A stretch of 64,000 bases of DNA from Acidobacteriota bacterium (GTDB taxonomy: Bacteria; Acidobacteriota; UBA6911; RPQK01; JAJDTT01). The notes under the pieces are model-generated. The model was not told the origin of the DNA, made no database searches, and saw only the letters and a program-made list of their open reading frames with translations. This document shows, piece after piece, positions 30,301-40,511 of the stretch. The stretch covers positions 64,001 through 128,000 of the forward strand of contig CBDCJH010000001.1 of NCBI GenBank assembly GCA_965217775.1, given 5' to 3'. Positions within the stretch are counted from its first letter, which is position 1; every line of letters begins with the position of its first letter. The position numbers and the translations under genes are program-made.

Positions 30301-31725
30301 CTATCCCGATTCCGTCCAACGAGTATGGAAGAACTCGCCGCGGGGCCGGTCCACACGCTCGTAGGTGTGGGCGCCGAAGTAGTCCCGCTGGGACTGCAGG
30401 AGGTTGGCGGGAAGCCAGGCCTGCCGATAGCCGTCGTAGAAGGCCAGGGCGCTGGAGGTCGCCGGGACCGGGATTCCCCAGCGGACCGCCCGGGAGACGA
30501 CGCGGCGCCACGACTCCTGCGCACCCTCTACCTGCTCCTTGAAATAGGGATCCAGCAGAAGGTTCTTCAGCTCCGGCTCCCGGTCGAAGGCCTCCTTGAT
30601 CTTCCCCAGGAAGACGGAACGGATGATGCAACCCCCTCTCCACATCAAGGCGATGCCCCCGAAATCCAGGTTCCAACCGTATTCGGCCGCCGCCGCCCGC
30701 ATCAACTGGTACCCCTGTGCGTAGGAGACGATCTTGGACGCGTAGAGGGCTTGCTCCAGGTCGTCGACCAGGTCCGCTTGAGCCGCAGCGCCGCCCGGGC
30801 CGGGCCCGGTCAATAGCTGGGAGGCTTCGACCCGATCCTCCTTGATGGCCGACAGGGCCCGCGCCAGGACGGCTTCGCCGATGAGGGTGAGGGGCACTCC
30901 CATGTTCAGCGCGGAGATGACGGTCCACCGTCCGGTTCCCTTCTGACCCGCGGTATCCAGGACTTTTTCCACCAGCGGACCGCCGTCGTCATCCTTAACC
31001 GCCAATATGTCCCGGGTGATCCGGATCAGATAGGAATCCAGCCTCCCCCGGTTCCAGCGGGCGAAGACGCGGCTGATCTCGTCCGCGGGCATTCCCAATC
31101 CCGCCTTCATCAGATGGTAAGCCTCGCAGATGAGCTGCATGTCTCCGTATTCGATGCCGTTGTGGACCATCTTGACGAAGTGCCCGGCACCGTCGTCGCC
31201 TACCCATTCGCAGCAGGGTTCGCCTCCGTCCACCTTGGCCGCCACAGCCTGGAAGAGGGGCCGGACCTGAGGCCAGGCCTCGGCGGATCCGCCGGGCATG
31301 ATGGAGGGCCCCAGCCGGGCTCCCTCCTCGCCGCCGGAGACGCCGGTTCCGATATACAGAAGGCCCTTGGACTCCACCAGGGAGACCCGCCGCCGGGTGT
31401 CTTCGTAGTTGGAGTTCCCGCCGTCGATGATGATGTCTCCCGGCTCCAGATGGTCCAGGAGCTGCCGGATGAATTCGTCGACGGGCCAGCCAGCCTTGAC
31501 CATGAGCATGACCCGCCGAGGCCGTTTGAGCATCCGGACGAGTTCGTCAAGGGAATGAGCGCCCAGGACACTCGTTCCCCGCGCGGCCCCCGAGAGGAAG
31601 TCGTCCACTTTGGAGACCGTCCGGTTGAAGACCGCCACCGTATAGCCATGATCGTTCATATTCAGGACCAGGTTCTGGCCCATGACCGCCAATCCGATGA
31701 GCCCAATATCCGCCTTGGTTTCCAT
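30301..31725 (-). CDS. gnd: 6-phosphogluconate dehydrogenase, decarboxylating
   Basis: GLAVMG, VKMVHNGIEYGDMQ, QRDYFGAHTY. Confidence 0.97.
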   Translation of the reverse strand: METKADIGLIGLAVMGQNLVLNMNDHGYTVAVFNRTVSKVDDFLSGAARGTSVLGAHSLDELVRMLKRPRRVMLMVKAGWPVDEFIRQLLDHLEPGDIIIDGGNSNYEDTRRRVSLVESKGLLYIGTGVSGGEEGARLGPSIMPGGSAEAWPQVRPLFQAVAAKVDGGEPCCEWVGDDGAGHFVKMVHNGIEYGDMQLICEAYHLMKAGLGMPADEISRVFARWNRGRLDSYLIRITRDILAVKDDDGGPLVEKVLDTAGQKGTGRWTVISALNMGVPLTLIGEAVLARALSAIKEDRVEASQLLTGPGPGGAAAQADLVDDLEQALYASKIVSYAQGYQLMRAAAAEYGWNLDFGGIALMWRGGCIIRSVFLGKIKEAFDREPELKNLLLDPYFKEQVEGAQESWRRVVSRAVRWGIPVPATSSALAFYDGYRQAWLPANLLQSQRDYFGAHTYERVDRPRGEFFHTRWTESG

Positions 31726-31758
31726 CTTCGTTTTCTCCTGTCCTGTTCGACGAGTTCC

Positions 31759-33258
31759 CTATTCTAGCGCGAAGCCGTCGAGGCGCCGGTAAAGCTCCAG
31801 ATGCCGCTCCATCGCCTCGCGGTGACGGCGGCTGCGCTCGGGGTCGGGATCGTAACTCCTGCCCATCTTTGGCGGGACCGCCGCCAGGTCCGGAACCAGA
31901 CCCAGGGACGCGAGCGCCAACAGGGCGGTTCCCCGGCCCGTCACTTCGGGCTCGGCGCAGGCGATGACCCGGCGGCCGAGGACGTCCGCCAGGATCTGGA
32001 GCCAGGCGGGAGAAGAGAGCAACCCCGCACCTCCACCGATGATCTCGTGTTGCCGGGACAAGTGGGGCTCCATGAGCCGGTAGATCAGACAGAGCCGGTA
32101 GGCGATCGATTCCAGAGCCGCCCGGACGATTTCCACCGGCCGTGTCGACAGCGTCAATCCCACCAGGCTTCCGCGAGCTTCGTCACGCCAGCCGGGGCTC
32201 CTTTCTCCCGCCAGGAACGGCAGGAAGACCAGACCGTGGGCCGCCGGCTCCATGGTCTGCAACTCGGCTTCCAGACGGTCCGGTTCGAAATTGACCTGCA
32301 GCCGGCTGGTCAACCACGAGAAGACGCTGCCCCCCTCGGTGGTGGCTCCCCCCAAGAGGGGGCGTCCGGCATCGACCAGGTAGCTCCAGAGACCCGCCGG
32401 AAGGGGGGAAGCAGGACGATCCAGGACCGCCCGGATCGCCCCGGTGGAGCCGATGGTGAGGGCTACCCGGTCCGATCGTATGCAGCCGCTCCCCACGTTG
32501 GCGGCGGCTCCGTCTCCCACCGCCGGGAACCAGGGGACTCGAGCCAGGACCGGCCAGCGCCGGGCCCAGGGATCACGCAGTCCCGTGAACGGTTCCGTGC
32601 AGTCGCGAAGCGGCGAGAGTTGAGACCGCCGGATCGGGAGCATCGAAATCCAGGACTCGTCCCAGTCCAAGAGGTGGCGGTTCAGGAGTCCGCTCCAGGA
32701 GGCGGCGGAATAGCTCACACCGCAGGTCCGAAAGAATCGCGAATAGAGGAACTCTCCCAGAGTCATCCAGCGGGCGACTCGGGAGAAGAGCCGGGGCCGG
32801 CTCCGTTCCAGCCAGAGGAGGCGGGAGGGCAGATAGCTGCTGTGGATGGGACAGCCCGTGCGCTCGTGGACCTCCGCTGGATCCAGCCTTTGCCTGAGGT
32901 CGGCGGCGGCCTGCCGGCTCCGAGTGTCGGCATAGGTGTAGATCGGCGTCAGCGGGCGGCCCTGCTCGTCCACTCCGAGGAGTGTGGGAGAGAGCGTGTC
33001 CAGGGCGCCGGCGGCGATCCGGGCGTCCCGGGACTCGGCTCGGGCCACCGTCTCGTCGAGCGCTTCGGACACGGCCGAAAGGACCTCCTCCGGCTCCAGC
33101 CAAGCCCCGCCCTCCGGGTCGGTCCAAAGACGATAGTGGGCCCGGGCGCCGATTTCAGGCAGAGGACGGCCGTCCATTCCCCACACCTGAGCCCGCAAGG
33201 AAGAAGTCCCTGCATCCAGTGTCAGGACATGGGGCCGACCCGGCCGGACGTTGTTCAA
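31759..33258 (-). CDS. gntK: Gluconokinase, FGGY family
   Basis: LDAGTSSLR, RTGCPIHSSY, PFLAGERSPGW, upstream of gnd. TTG start chosen from a GGAG RBS. Confidence 0.85.
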   Translation of the reverse strand: MNNVRPGRPHVLTLDAGTSSLRAQVWGMDGRPLPEIGARAHYRLWTDPEGGAWLEPEEVLSAVSEALDETVARAESRDARIAAGALDTLSPTLLGVDEQGRPLTPIYTYADTRSRQAAADLRQRLDPAEVHERTGCPIHSSYLPSRLLWLERSRPRLFSRVARWMTLGEFLYSRFFRTCGVSYSAASWSGLLNRHLLDWDESWISMLPIRRSQLSPLRDCTEPFTGLRDPWARRWPVLARVPWFPAVGDGAAANVGSGCIRSDRVALTIGSTGAIRAVLDRPASPLPAGLWSYLVDAGRPLLGGATTEGGSVFSWLTSRLQVNFEPDRLEAELQTMEPAAHGLVFLPFLAGERSPGWRDEARGSLVGLTLSTRPVEIVRAALESIAYRLCLIYRLMEPHLSRQHEIIGGGAGLLSSPAWLQILADVLGRRVIACAEPEVTGRGTALLALASLGLVPDLAAVPPKMGRSYDPDPERSRRHREAMERHLELYRRLDGFALE

Positions 33259-33372
33259 GATCCGTGCTCCATGGCGGTCGCGGGGGCCGGCACGCTGCAC
33301 TCGGGGGCAACTGGGCGATACAATACATCCCACCATGGGACGGGGGAGACAGCCGAGAGGCGGGCGGCAGGC

Positions 33373-33819
33373 ATGAGTTGGACGTCTTTGCTGCTGGTCG
33401 TCCTGTCACTGGCAGGCTTCATCATCTCATCCTATTTCACGGCCGTGGCCTACCGCTGGGTACGGCCGGACGCCGCCTGGATTCCCAGCTTCTGCAGGAT
33501 GGGAGAAAAGACCTGCGCCACTATCGTCTTCACACCCCGGGCCCGAGTTTTCGGCGTTCCCAACTCGGTTCTGGCGCAACTCTTCTACCCGTTCATCGCC
33601 GCCGGGACCGTGGAGGGCTTCCTCTTCACCTTTCCCATCTTCCACTTGTCACTGCTGGCAAGTCTAGTCACGGTGCTGCTGGGATTGTTTCTCACCTACT
33701 CCCTGCTGTTCCTGACCCGTGTTCCCTGCGTCCTCTGCTTCACATCGCACGCTATCAATGTCGTCATTTTCGTGCTGCTGCTTCTGGAAGGGGATTCCGT
33801 TTCCGGAGCACTCTGGTGA
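33373..33819 (+). CDS. Vitamin K epoxide reductase family protein
   Basis: CRMGEKTC loop, FGVPNS, CVLC in a TM segment. Confidence 0.88.
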   Translation: MSWTSLLLVVLSLAGFIISSYFTAVAYRWVRPDAAWIPSFCRMGEKTCATIVFTPRARVFGVPNSVLAQLFYPFIAAGTVEGFLFTFPIFHLSLLASLVTVLLGLFLTYSLLFLTRVPCVLCFTSHAINVVIFVLLLLEGDSVSGALW

Positions 33820-33877
33820 GAGAACCGGTCCGGGATGACAATCGCGGATTCGAATCCCCTCCCCGGGATACGGGCTG

Positions 33878-35038
33878 ATGGACCACTCCATCAACCGCTA
33901 CTTCCCACAACTGAGGCAGATCCCTTCGACCGGCAGTCTGGAGTCCTCTCCCCTCTATCGCCGGCTCCGGCCGGAAATAGACCGGGTCCTGAATACCGTC
34001 GAGACCGGTGAAGACCCGGCACCGCATTCGGGACCGGACAGGAGCTCGGTCCGCGCGGTCGCCTGGAATATCGAACGCGGCCTGGAGTTACCCGGCCTGA
34101 CCCGCGCTCTCCGGGAACATCCGCACTTGCGGGAAGCCGACATTCTCTTGCTGACGGAACTGGATTACGGAATGGCCCGAACCGGAAATCTCCACGTGAC
34201 CCGCGAGCTGGCCCGGAAACTCGGGATGACCTACGTCTTCGCCCCCAGCTATCTCAATCTGGACAAGGGAACCGGTCTGGAAAACGAGGCGCCGGGGGAG
34301 AATGCCCAGGCTCTGCACGGGAACGCGCTGCTCTCGAGGCATCCGGTTTCGGAGCCTCATGCGCTACCCCTTCCCAACGGCAAGGACAAGATGAGGGGGA
34401 AGGAGAAACGCCTGGGGTGCCAGCGGGCGATCCTGGGTCTGGTCGAGCATCCTCGGGGACGATTCCGTGCCGTCAGCCTCCACTTGGACGCCCACTCCAG
34501 CCAGGCGCATCGGCACCTGCAGATGTGCCTGTTGCTGGACCATCTCCATGGCTGGCACCCTTCGCTGCCGGTGCTCATCGGAGGAGACTGGAACACCTCC
34601 ACCCACCATGCCCGGCGCGCCGTATATTCGATACTCGGATACGCCCGGCGGGTCCTCATGGGGATCGACAACGTTCTGGACAATCACTATCCCTATCCGG
34701 AACGCTGGTTTGAACGGCGCCTCTTCCGGGAACTGGAGAAGCGAGGCTACCGCTATCGGGACCTGAACCAGATGGGTGTCTGCACCCTCCACTACGACGC
34801 CGCGAATCTGGCCACCAACCGGAACATGGCCGAGTGGATCCCCAATTGGTGCTTCTGGTTCATCGACTGGGCCCTGAAGGACCATCAAGGCCGATGTTCC
34901 ATGAAGCTGGACTGGTTCGGCGGCAAGGGGATCCGTCCCGATCCCCAGTCCCCTCCACGCGTCATCGGCGGACTCGAGGAGAGATTCGGCAAGCTGTCGG
35001 ATCACGACCCGATCCTCTTGGACTTCAGGCTCGGGTAG
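33878..35038 (+). CDS. Endonuclease/exonuclease/phosphatase family protein
   Basis: WNIERG, GNALLSR, HLD, GGDWNT, SDHDP. Confidence 0.9.
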   Translation: MDHSINRYFPQLRQIPSTGSLESSPLYRRLRPEIDRVLNTVETGEDPAPHSGPDRSSVRAVAWNIERGLELPGLTRALREHPHLREADILLLTELDYGMARTGNLHVTRELARKLGMTYVFAPSYLNLDKGTGLENEAPGENAQALHGNALLSRHPVSEPHALPLPNGKDKMRGKEKRLGCQRAILGLVEHPRGRFRAVSLHLDAHSSQAHRHLQMCLLLDHLHGWHPSLPVLIGGDWNTSTHHARRAVYSILGYARRVLMGIDNVLDNHYPYPERWFERRLFRELEKRGYRYRDLNQMGVCTLHYDAANLATNRNMAEWIPNWCFWFIDWALKDHQGRCSMKLDWFGGKGIRPDPQSPPRVIGGLEERFGKLSDHDPILLDFRLG

Positions 35039-35140
35039 GAGCGGGGGTTTTCAACCCCCGATTCCGGGTCCGCGATGAAGAGTGGACGAGAGTGAAGAGG
35101 GGGAGAGGGATTAAGAGGGGGACAACATGTCCCCCCTCCC
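35035..35140. repeat. REP-like palindrome pair
   Basis: GTAGGAGCGGGGGTTTTCAACCCCCG, and inverted GAGGGGGACAACATGTCCCCCCTCCC. Confidence 0.55.
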
Positions 35141-35183
35141 AGGAATCCGGGCTATACTCCCTATCCAATCAAGGAGGATTTTC

Positions 35184-35669
35184 ATGACAAGTACCGGACT
35201 GGCTTGGCTCGGCTTCGCGATGATGACGGTGTTTTGCTGGGGCATGTACGGCACCCTTCTCCATGCCGGGCAGGTGGCCATGGGGGACCCGGTGAACGGC
35301 CGTTACAAGGCCTTCCTCTTCGTCGGTCTGGCCTATTTCCTGATCGCCGTCCTGGCTCCGCTGCTGGTTCTGAAGAGCCAGGGGGCGGACTGGAGCTATC
35401 CGGCGCCGGGAATGGGCTTGTCACTCGTGGCTGGAATCCTGGGAGCTGTCGGAGCCTTCGGAGTCCTCCTGGCCTTCGGAGCCAAGGGCTCTCCCAGTGT
35501 GGTCATGGCCATCGTCTTCGCCGGAGCGCCCATCGTCAACGCCTTCGCTTCCATGGTTAGACATCCGCCGCCGGGCGGGATCTCCAGTATCCAGTGGCCG
35601 TTTGTCCTGGGCATCTTGCTGGCCGCCCTGGGAGGTTGCCTGGTGACGCTCTACCGTCCGCAGGGGTGA
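35184..35669 (+). CDS. Small membrane protein (EamA/DMT-like half)
   Basis: Five hydrophobic segments and an AGGAGG RBS. Confidence 0.75.
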   Translation: MTSTGLAWLGFAMMTVFCWGMYGTLLHAGQVAMGDPVNGRYKAFLFVGLAYFLIAVLAPLLVLKSQGADWSYPAPGMGLSLVAGILGAVGAFGVLLAFGAKGSPSVVMAIVFAGAPIVNAFASMVRHPPPGGISSIQWPFVLGILLAALGGCLVTLYRPQG

Positions 35670-35693
35670 CCCCCGTCCGTGAGACGAGACACG

Positions 35694-36593
35694 ATGAAAT
35701 CAGGACCGGAGATCAGCGTCGCCGTCGTTCCCGTGGCCGGATTGGGCACTCGCCTCTTGCCGGCCACCAAGTCTCAGCCCAAGGAAATGTTGCCGGTGGC
35801 CAAGAAGCCGGTGGTCCAATACGTGGTCGAAGAACTGGGCAGGAACGGCATCCAGGAGATCCTCTTCGTCACCGGAAGGACCAAGACCTCGATCGAGAAC
35901 CACTTCGATCCGGATCAGCAGTTGATCCGGAATCTGAGGGAGTCGGGAAAGGAAGACCTGCTGCTGGAGCTCGACTACGAGCAGACCGAGGTCCAGTTCT
36001 TCTACACTCGCCAGCGGCTTCAGCGGGGATTGGGGGATGCGGTGCGGTGTGCCCGCCAATTCACCCAGAACCGACCCTTCGTGGTCGCACTGGGAGACAG
36101 CATCATCGGTCTCGATTCGCCGTCGCACGTCGTGAGCGCCATGACCCGGATCCATCGCGAGTCGGGGGCGGCGTGCGTGGTCGCCGTCGAGACGGTTTCT
36201 CCTCAGGACATCTTCCGGTATGGGATCGTGGAACCGGGAGGCGACGGTCCCGAATTTCCCATTCTGGGTCTGATCGAGAAACCGCCTGTCGGGTCCACTT
36301 CCAGCCGTCTGGCCTTGGTCGGCCGGTATGTCTTCTCACCTTCCATCTATCGGAAGCTGGACCAGGTCCAACCGGGAGTCGGCGGCGAGATCCAGTTGAC
36401 CGACGCCATCCAACTGCTGCTGGAAGCAGGAGAGACGGTCATCGGGGTCCGTCTTCCGAAGAACGAGAGGCGCTACGACATCGGCAACTTCGAGAGCTAT
36501 TTCGAGACCTTCGTCGAGTTCGCCCTGCGCGACCCGGATCTGGGCTCCGGGCTCCGCAAGCGTCTGCTGGAGCGTTTGGTTGAAGATCACTAG
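35694..36593 (+). CDS. UTP--sugar-1-phosphate uridylyltransferase (GalU family)
   Basis: PVAGLGTRLLPATKSQPKEMLP, GLGDAV, IEKP, GEIQLTDAI, YDIG. Confidence 0.92.
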   Translation: MKSGPEISVAVVPVAGLGTRLLPATKSQPKEMLPVAKKPVVQYVVEELGRNGIQEILFVTGRTKTSIENHFDPDQQLIRNLRESGKEDLLLELDYEQTEVQFFYTRQRLQRGLGDAVRCARQFTQNRPFVVALGDSIIGLDSPSHVVSAMTRIHRESGAACVVAVETVSPQDIFRYGIVEPGGDGPEFPILGLIEKPPVGSTSSRLALVGRYVFSPSIYRKLDQVQPGVGGEIQLTDAIQLLLEAGETVIGVRLPKNERRYDIGNFESYFETFVEFALRDPDLGSGLRKRLLERLVEDH

Positions 36594-37602
36594 GGCCGCG
36601 GCCAACGCTCGCATCGGCCTCCTGGGCAACCCTTCCGACGGCTTCTATGGCAAGACCATCTCCTGCATCCTGAGAAACTACTCCGCCAAGGTCGTCGTCT
36701 ACGAGTGGCCCGAATTGGAGATCATTCTGAGCCGCCAGGACCGCTGCGAGTTCCGGCAACTGGAGGATCTGGTGGACGACGTCCGGCTCAACGGGCTCTA
36801 CGGCGGTCTCCGCCTGGTCAAGGCCACGATCAAGGTCTTCGCCGAATACTGCTGGCGAGAGCAGATTCGACTCCCTGAGCAGAACTTTTCCCTCAGGTAC
36901 GAGACCGACATTCCGCGCCAGGTGGGCCTGGGAGGATCCAGCGCGATCATCACCGCGGCCATGCGGGGTCTGGCCGAGTTCTACCAGGTGTCCATCCCCC
37001 GGGAGATACTGCCCGGACTCGTCCTCTCGGTGGAAACGGAGGAGATCGGCATCGACGCGGGCCTCCAGGACCGCGTCTGCCAAGTCTACGAAGGCCTCGT
37101 CTACATGGATTTCAACCGGGAGACCATGAGCCGCCTCGGGCACGGACTCTACGAGTCCCTCGATCCCGGCCTGCTGCCCCCGCTCTACTTGGCATTCCGC
37201 AACGACCTGAGCCGGATCTCGGGGATCTATCACAGCGATTTGAGGGGCCGCTGGAACCGGGGAGAGAGCGCGGTTCACAGGGCCATGGAACAGTTCGCCG
37301 ATCTTGCGCGGCAGGGGAGAGAATGCCTGTTGCAAGGGGACGCGGTGGAGTTGGCGCGCCTGGTGGACCGGAACTTCGATATCCGATCCGGCCTGTCCCG
37401 GTTGGACCCCAAGAACGTCGAGATGATCGAGATGGCGCGGTCCCACGGAGTCTGCGCAAAATACGCCGGATCGGGGGGATCCATCGTCGGAATCTGCGGG
37501 TCCGCTGAGACCTTCCGTGACCTGCAGGAAGACTTTCGCACCATTGGGTGCACCGCCATCAGGCCCAGAGTGAGTTCACTCATCGATTCCCAGGGAGCAT
37601 GA
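36580..37602 (+). CDS. GHMP kinase, glucuronokinase-like
   Basis: ARIGLLGNPSD, YGGLRL, IPRQVGLGGSSAI, AGLQDRV.QVY.GLVYMDF, GSGGS. Confidence 0.85.
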   Translation: MKITRAAANARIGLLGNPSDGFYGKTISCILRNYSAKVVVYEWPELEIILSRQDRCEFRQLEDLVDDVRLNGLYGGLRLVKATIKVFAEYCWREQIRLPEQNFSLRYETDIPRQVGLGGSSAIITAAMRGLAEFYQVSIPREILPGLVLSVETEEIGIDAGLQDRVCQVYEGLVYMDFNRETMSRLGHGLYESLDPGLLPPLYLAFRNDLSRISGIYHSDLRGRWNRGESAVHRAMEQFADLARQGRECLLQGDAVELARLVDRNFDIRSGLSRLDPKNVEMIEMARSHGVCAKYAGSGGSIVGICGSAETFRDLQEDFRTIGCTAIRPRVSSLIDSQGA

Positions 37603-37603
37603 A

Positions 37604-38650
37604 ATGACAACGGAACACCAAGACCGAAACCCGAAGCGAATCTTCAAGCTCGTGATTTATCCCGCCGTGGATGCTCGCCGCCTTGCCGCGATCGTGGAAG
37701 CTGCCGGTGACGGCGGCACCGTGGTGAACGCGCCCGACGAGGACGCCGCCGCCGCGGTCCTGGTGGACGCCGACGCCTTCTTCGGCAAGATGACGCCCAA
37801 GCTGCTGGCAGCCGCCACCCGATTGCGCTGGATTCAGGCGGGCAGCGCCAGCATGGAACATTACCTGTTCCCCGCCCTGGTGGATCACCCCGCGATCGTG
37901 ACCAACATGCGAGGGATCTTCTCGGACGTCATTGCCGAACACGTTTTCGGGTTCATCCTATGCTTCGCCCGGAATCTGCACCACTACATCCGCAACCAGG
38001 CGAAAAGAACTTGGGAGGTGGTTGGAGACCCCAGCTGGAAAGTCCCCGACTTCGTGCGAAGCCTGCGAGACGTCGCTCCCTCGGACTGGGCTCACATCCA
38101 CCTTTCGGACACGACCTTGGGAGTGGTCGGTCTGGGCGGCATCGGCTCAGAGGTCGCTCGCAGAGGTCTGGCATTCGGGATGCGGGTGGTGGCGGTCGAC
38201 CCCAGGCGAGAGGAACGTCCTCCGGGCGTGGAGGCGCTCTGGAAACCGGACCGGCTGGAGAATCTCCTGGCGGAGAGCGATTTCGTGGTGATTTCCGCTC
38301 CCCACACGCCGGAAACGGTCAAAATGTTCCGGCGGCCCCAATTCCGGCAGATGAAGCGGACCGCCTTTCTGATCAACATCGGACGCGGCGTCATCGTCGA
38401 CCTGAACGATCTGGTCGCGGCGCTGGAGGCGGGAGAGATCGCCGGTGCCGGCCTCGACGTGTTCGAAATCGAGCCGCTTCCCCCGGAGCATCCTCTCTGG
38501 CGGATGGAGAACGTCATCCTGACGCCGCACTGCGCTGCCCGGTCCCCCAGGATCCCTGATCGATTCGCTCAGGTGGTGGTGGACAACGTCAGGCGATACG
38601 CCGCCGGCAGGCCGGTCAAGAACGTAGTCGACAAGAACGCGTGGTTTTGA
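37604..38650 (+). CDS. D-2-hydroxyacid dehydrogenase
   Basis: GLGGIG, INIGRG, LDVFEIEPL, LTPH. Confidence 0.92.
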   Translation: MTTEHQDRNPKRIFKLVIYPAVDARRLAAIVEAAGDGGTVVNAPDEDAAAAVLVDADAFFGKMTPKLLAAATRLRWIQAGSASMEHYLFPALVDHPAIVTNMRGIFSDVIAEHVFGFILCFARNLHHYIRNQAKRTWEVVGDPSWKVPDFVRSLRDVAPSDWAHIHLSDTTLGVVGLGGIGSEVARRGLAFGMRVVAVDPRREERPPGVEALWKPDRLENLLAESDFVVISAPHTPETVKMFRRPQFRQMKRTAFLINIGRGVIVDLNDLVAALEAGEIAGAGLDVFEIEPLPPEHPLWRMENVILTPHCAARSPRIPDRFAQVVVDNVRRYAAGRPVKNVVDKNAWF

Positions 38651-38652
38651 AA

Positions 38653-38831
38653 GGAGCGGCGACTTTCTTGTCGCCGACCAGGGGGGCAGGGGGGACGGAG
38701 TCCCCACTCTACACATTCCGGCCACGGAATTGCATGGCAGTACAGAAGAGCAGGCGGCAAGAAAGCCGCCTGTCCCAGTGGGCGACAAGAAAGTCTCCCC
38801 TCCCAATGGGCGACAAGAAAGTCTCCCCTCC
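38653..38831. repeat. GGAG-type REP cluster between convergent genes
   Basis: GGAGCGGCGACTTTCTTGTCGCCG, plus two tandem inverted copies of TGGGCGACAAGAAAGTCTCCCCTCC (38779 and 38807). Confidence 0.75.
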
Positions 38832-39964
38832 TAAATGGAGACCACCTTGCCGGTGGCGGCCGACTCGTAGCCGGCCATAAGCACCTTCAGCACCTCGGCA
38901 GCTTCCGCGATGCTCATGTCGCTCTCGCGATTCTGCTCGATGCAGTCGATGAAGAAGGACTCGTCCGATTGGTTCGCCTCGGGGACCGTACGCCAAGTGA
39001 ACTTGTGGACCCCGCCCGCTTCCCGGGTGCTGCTTCTCCAGAATCCCATGGGATCTTCGGGATGCGGCGGCCCGGGCCGCCAGGCAGGCGCGTCGCAGGC
39101 GACTTCGAACCGGGGCCGCGCGCCGTCCACGAATCGGCAACCCCGGGTCCCGGCCAGGAAGATCCCCGAAACTCCACCGGCCAGATGACTCAGCCAGCCG
39201 ATTCTCGCTCCGCTCAGGGTCCCCACCAACCCGCCTTCGAACTCCATGGTCAGGGCCGCGAAATCTTCCACGTCGTTCTTCTGGTGCTCCTGGAAGAAAT
39301 AGTTGGCGGTTCGAGCATAGACGCGTTTCACCGATCGGCCTGAGAGCCAACGCATGATCCCGATGGAATAGACCCCCATGGTGAAGAGTTCCCGTTTCGA
39401 GTCGATATAGGTGAACCTTCGGGGAGGGAAATGCTCCTGGCGGGGACGGTCCAGATCAGCGGTCCCGGTGTGGCCCTTGGAGAACAGAAGGTCGCTGTGC
39501 ATGCTCACCAGTTCCCCCAGGGCGCCGCTGTCGGCGAGCCTCCGGGCCCGTTGGGCCCAAGGGGTTCGGAACATGCTGAACATCTGGCTTCGAACTCCGG
39601 CCCTTCGGATCTCGGAGACCAGAGAGGACGCCTCCTGGTTGGAGACGGTCAGAGGCTTGTCCACGTAGACGTGCTTGCCCGCCCGGGCACAGAGCGCGGC
39701 CACCCGGGCGCGGCGTTCGAATTCGACGCAGACGCTGACGACCTGGACGTCACTGCGCTTCAGCGCATCCGACAGATCGGGGATGAAAGGGATCCCAAAG
39801 CGGCGGGCCAGCGATCGATTCAAACGATCCCGCCGTTCCGGGACTCCAGGCTCGTCGGTGACCGCGACCAGGCGGCAACGCGGGTCTCGACCGAACGCCG
39901 CTCCGTAATTCTCCTGGTGGGTCAAGTCTCCGGCCACCAGGAGGACCCCGTAGGTTTTGCCCAT
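38831..39964 (-). CDS. Gfo/Idh/MocA oxidoreductase
   Basis: AGKHVYVDKP, GALGEL, VEDFA. Confidence 0.85.
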   Translation of the reverse strand: MGKTYGVLLVAGDLTHQENYGAAFGRDPRCRLVAVTDEPGVPERRDRLNRSLARRFGIPFIPDLSDALKRSDVQVVSVCVEFERRARVAALCARAGKHVYVDKPLTVSNQEASSLVSEIRRAGVRSQMFSMFRTPWAQRARRLADSGALGELVSMHSDLLFSKGHTGTADLDRPRQEHFPPRRFTYIDSKRELFTMGVYSIGIMRWLSGRSVKRVYARTANYFFQEHQKNDVEDFAALTMEFEGGLVGTLSGARIGWLSHLAGGVSGIFLAGTRGCRFVDGARPRFEVACDAPAWRPGPPHPEDPMGFWRSSTREAGGVHKFTWRTVPEANQSDESFFIDCIEQNRESDMSIAEAAEVLKVLMAGYESAATGKVVSI

Positions 39965-39975
39965 GGATCGCTCCC

Positions 39976-40443
39976 CTATCCGACCCGCACCGGAAGTCTC
40001 TTTCGCAACGACTCTTCGACCGCCTCGACCAACTCCCCTCGAACCGCGCTGGAGTCCGTGCTCCAGAGTCGTTCCTCGGTCTCACCGGCGAGACCGGCTT
40101 CCGCCAGATCATGCCGCAGGGTGCCATGGTTCCCGACCAGGAGCAGATCCGCTCCCGGCGCACCCTCCCGCTTGAGGATCACGACGACCTGACCGGTGCG
40201 CCCACCCTCCAGATGCAGTTGCAGAGACAGGTTCCCGGACTCGACGCTGCCGGCGACGAAGATCTCGTCAATCGCCGGGCCAAGAAGCTCCTGGATCAAC
40301 TGAATGCCCGCCACGGAGACGGGGACCAGGTGCCCGTGGTCTGAAGACGCCACGATCACCAGACGCACGTAAACTGGAGTTCCCAGGCGACCCTGCTCCA
40401 GTTCCTGCTTTATGGCCGCGGTCAAACGGGTCAGGTAGGTCAT
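39976..40443 (-). CDS. Hypothetical protein resembling a stand-alone Gfo/Idh/MocA C-terminal domain
   Basis: GRLGTPVYVR...VEAVEESLRKRLPVRV. Directly upstream of the Gfo gene. Confidence 0.6.
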   Translation of the reverse strand: MTYLTRLTAAIKQELEQGRLGTPVYVRLVIVASSDHGHLVPVSVAGIQLIQELLGPAIDEIFVAGSVESGNLSLQLHLEGGRTGQVVVILKREGAPGADLLLVGNHGTLRHDLAEAGLAGETEERLWSTDSSAVRGELVEAVEESLRKRLPVRVG

Positions 40444-40511
40444 GATTCCGGTGTTGGGGATTGCCTGTTTCCGGCGTTCCCGGGAGCGTTCATAGCATGA
40501 TTCAACACCGG

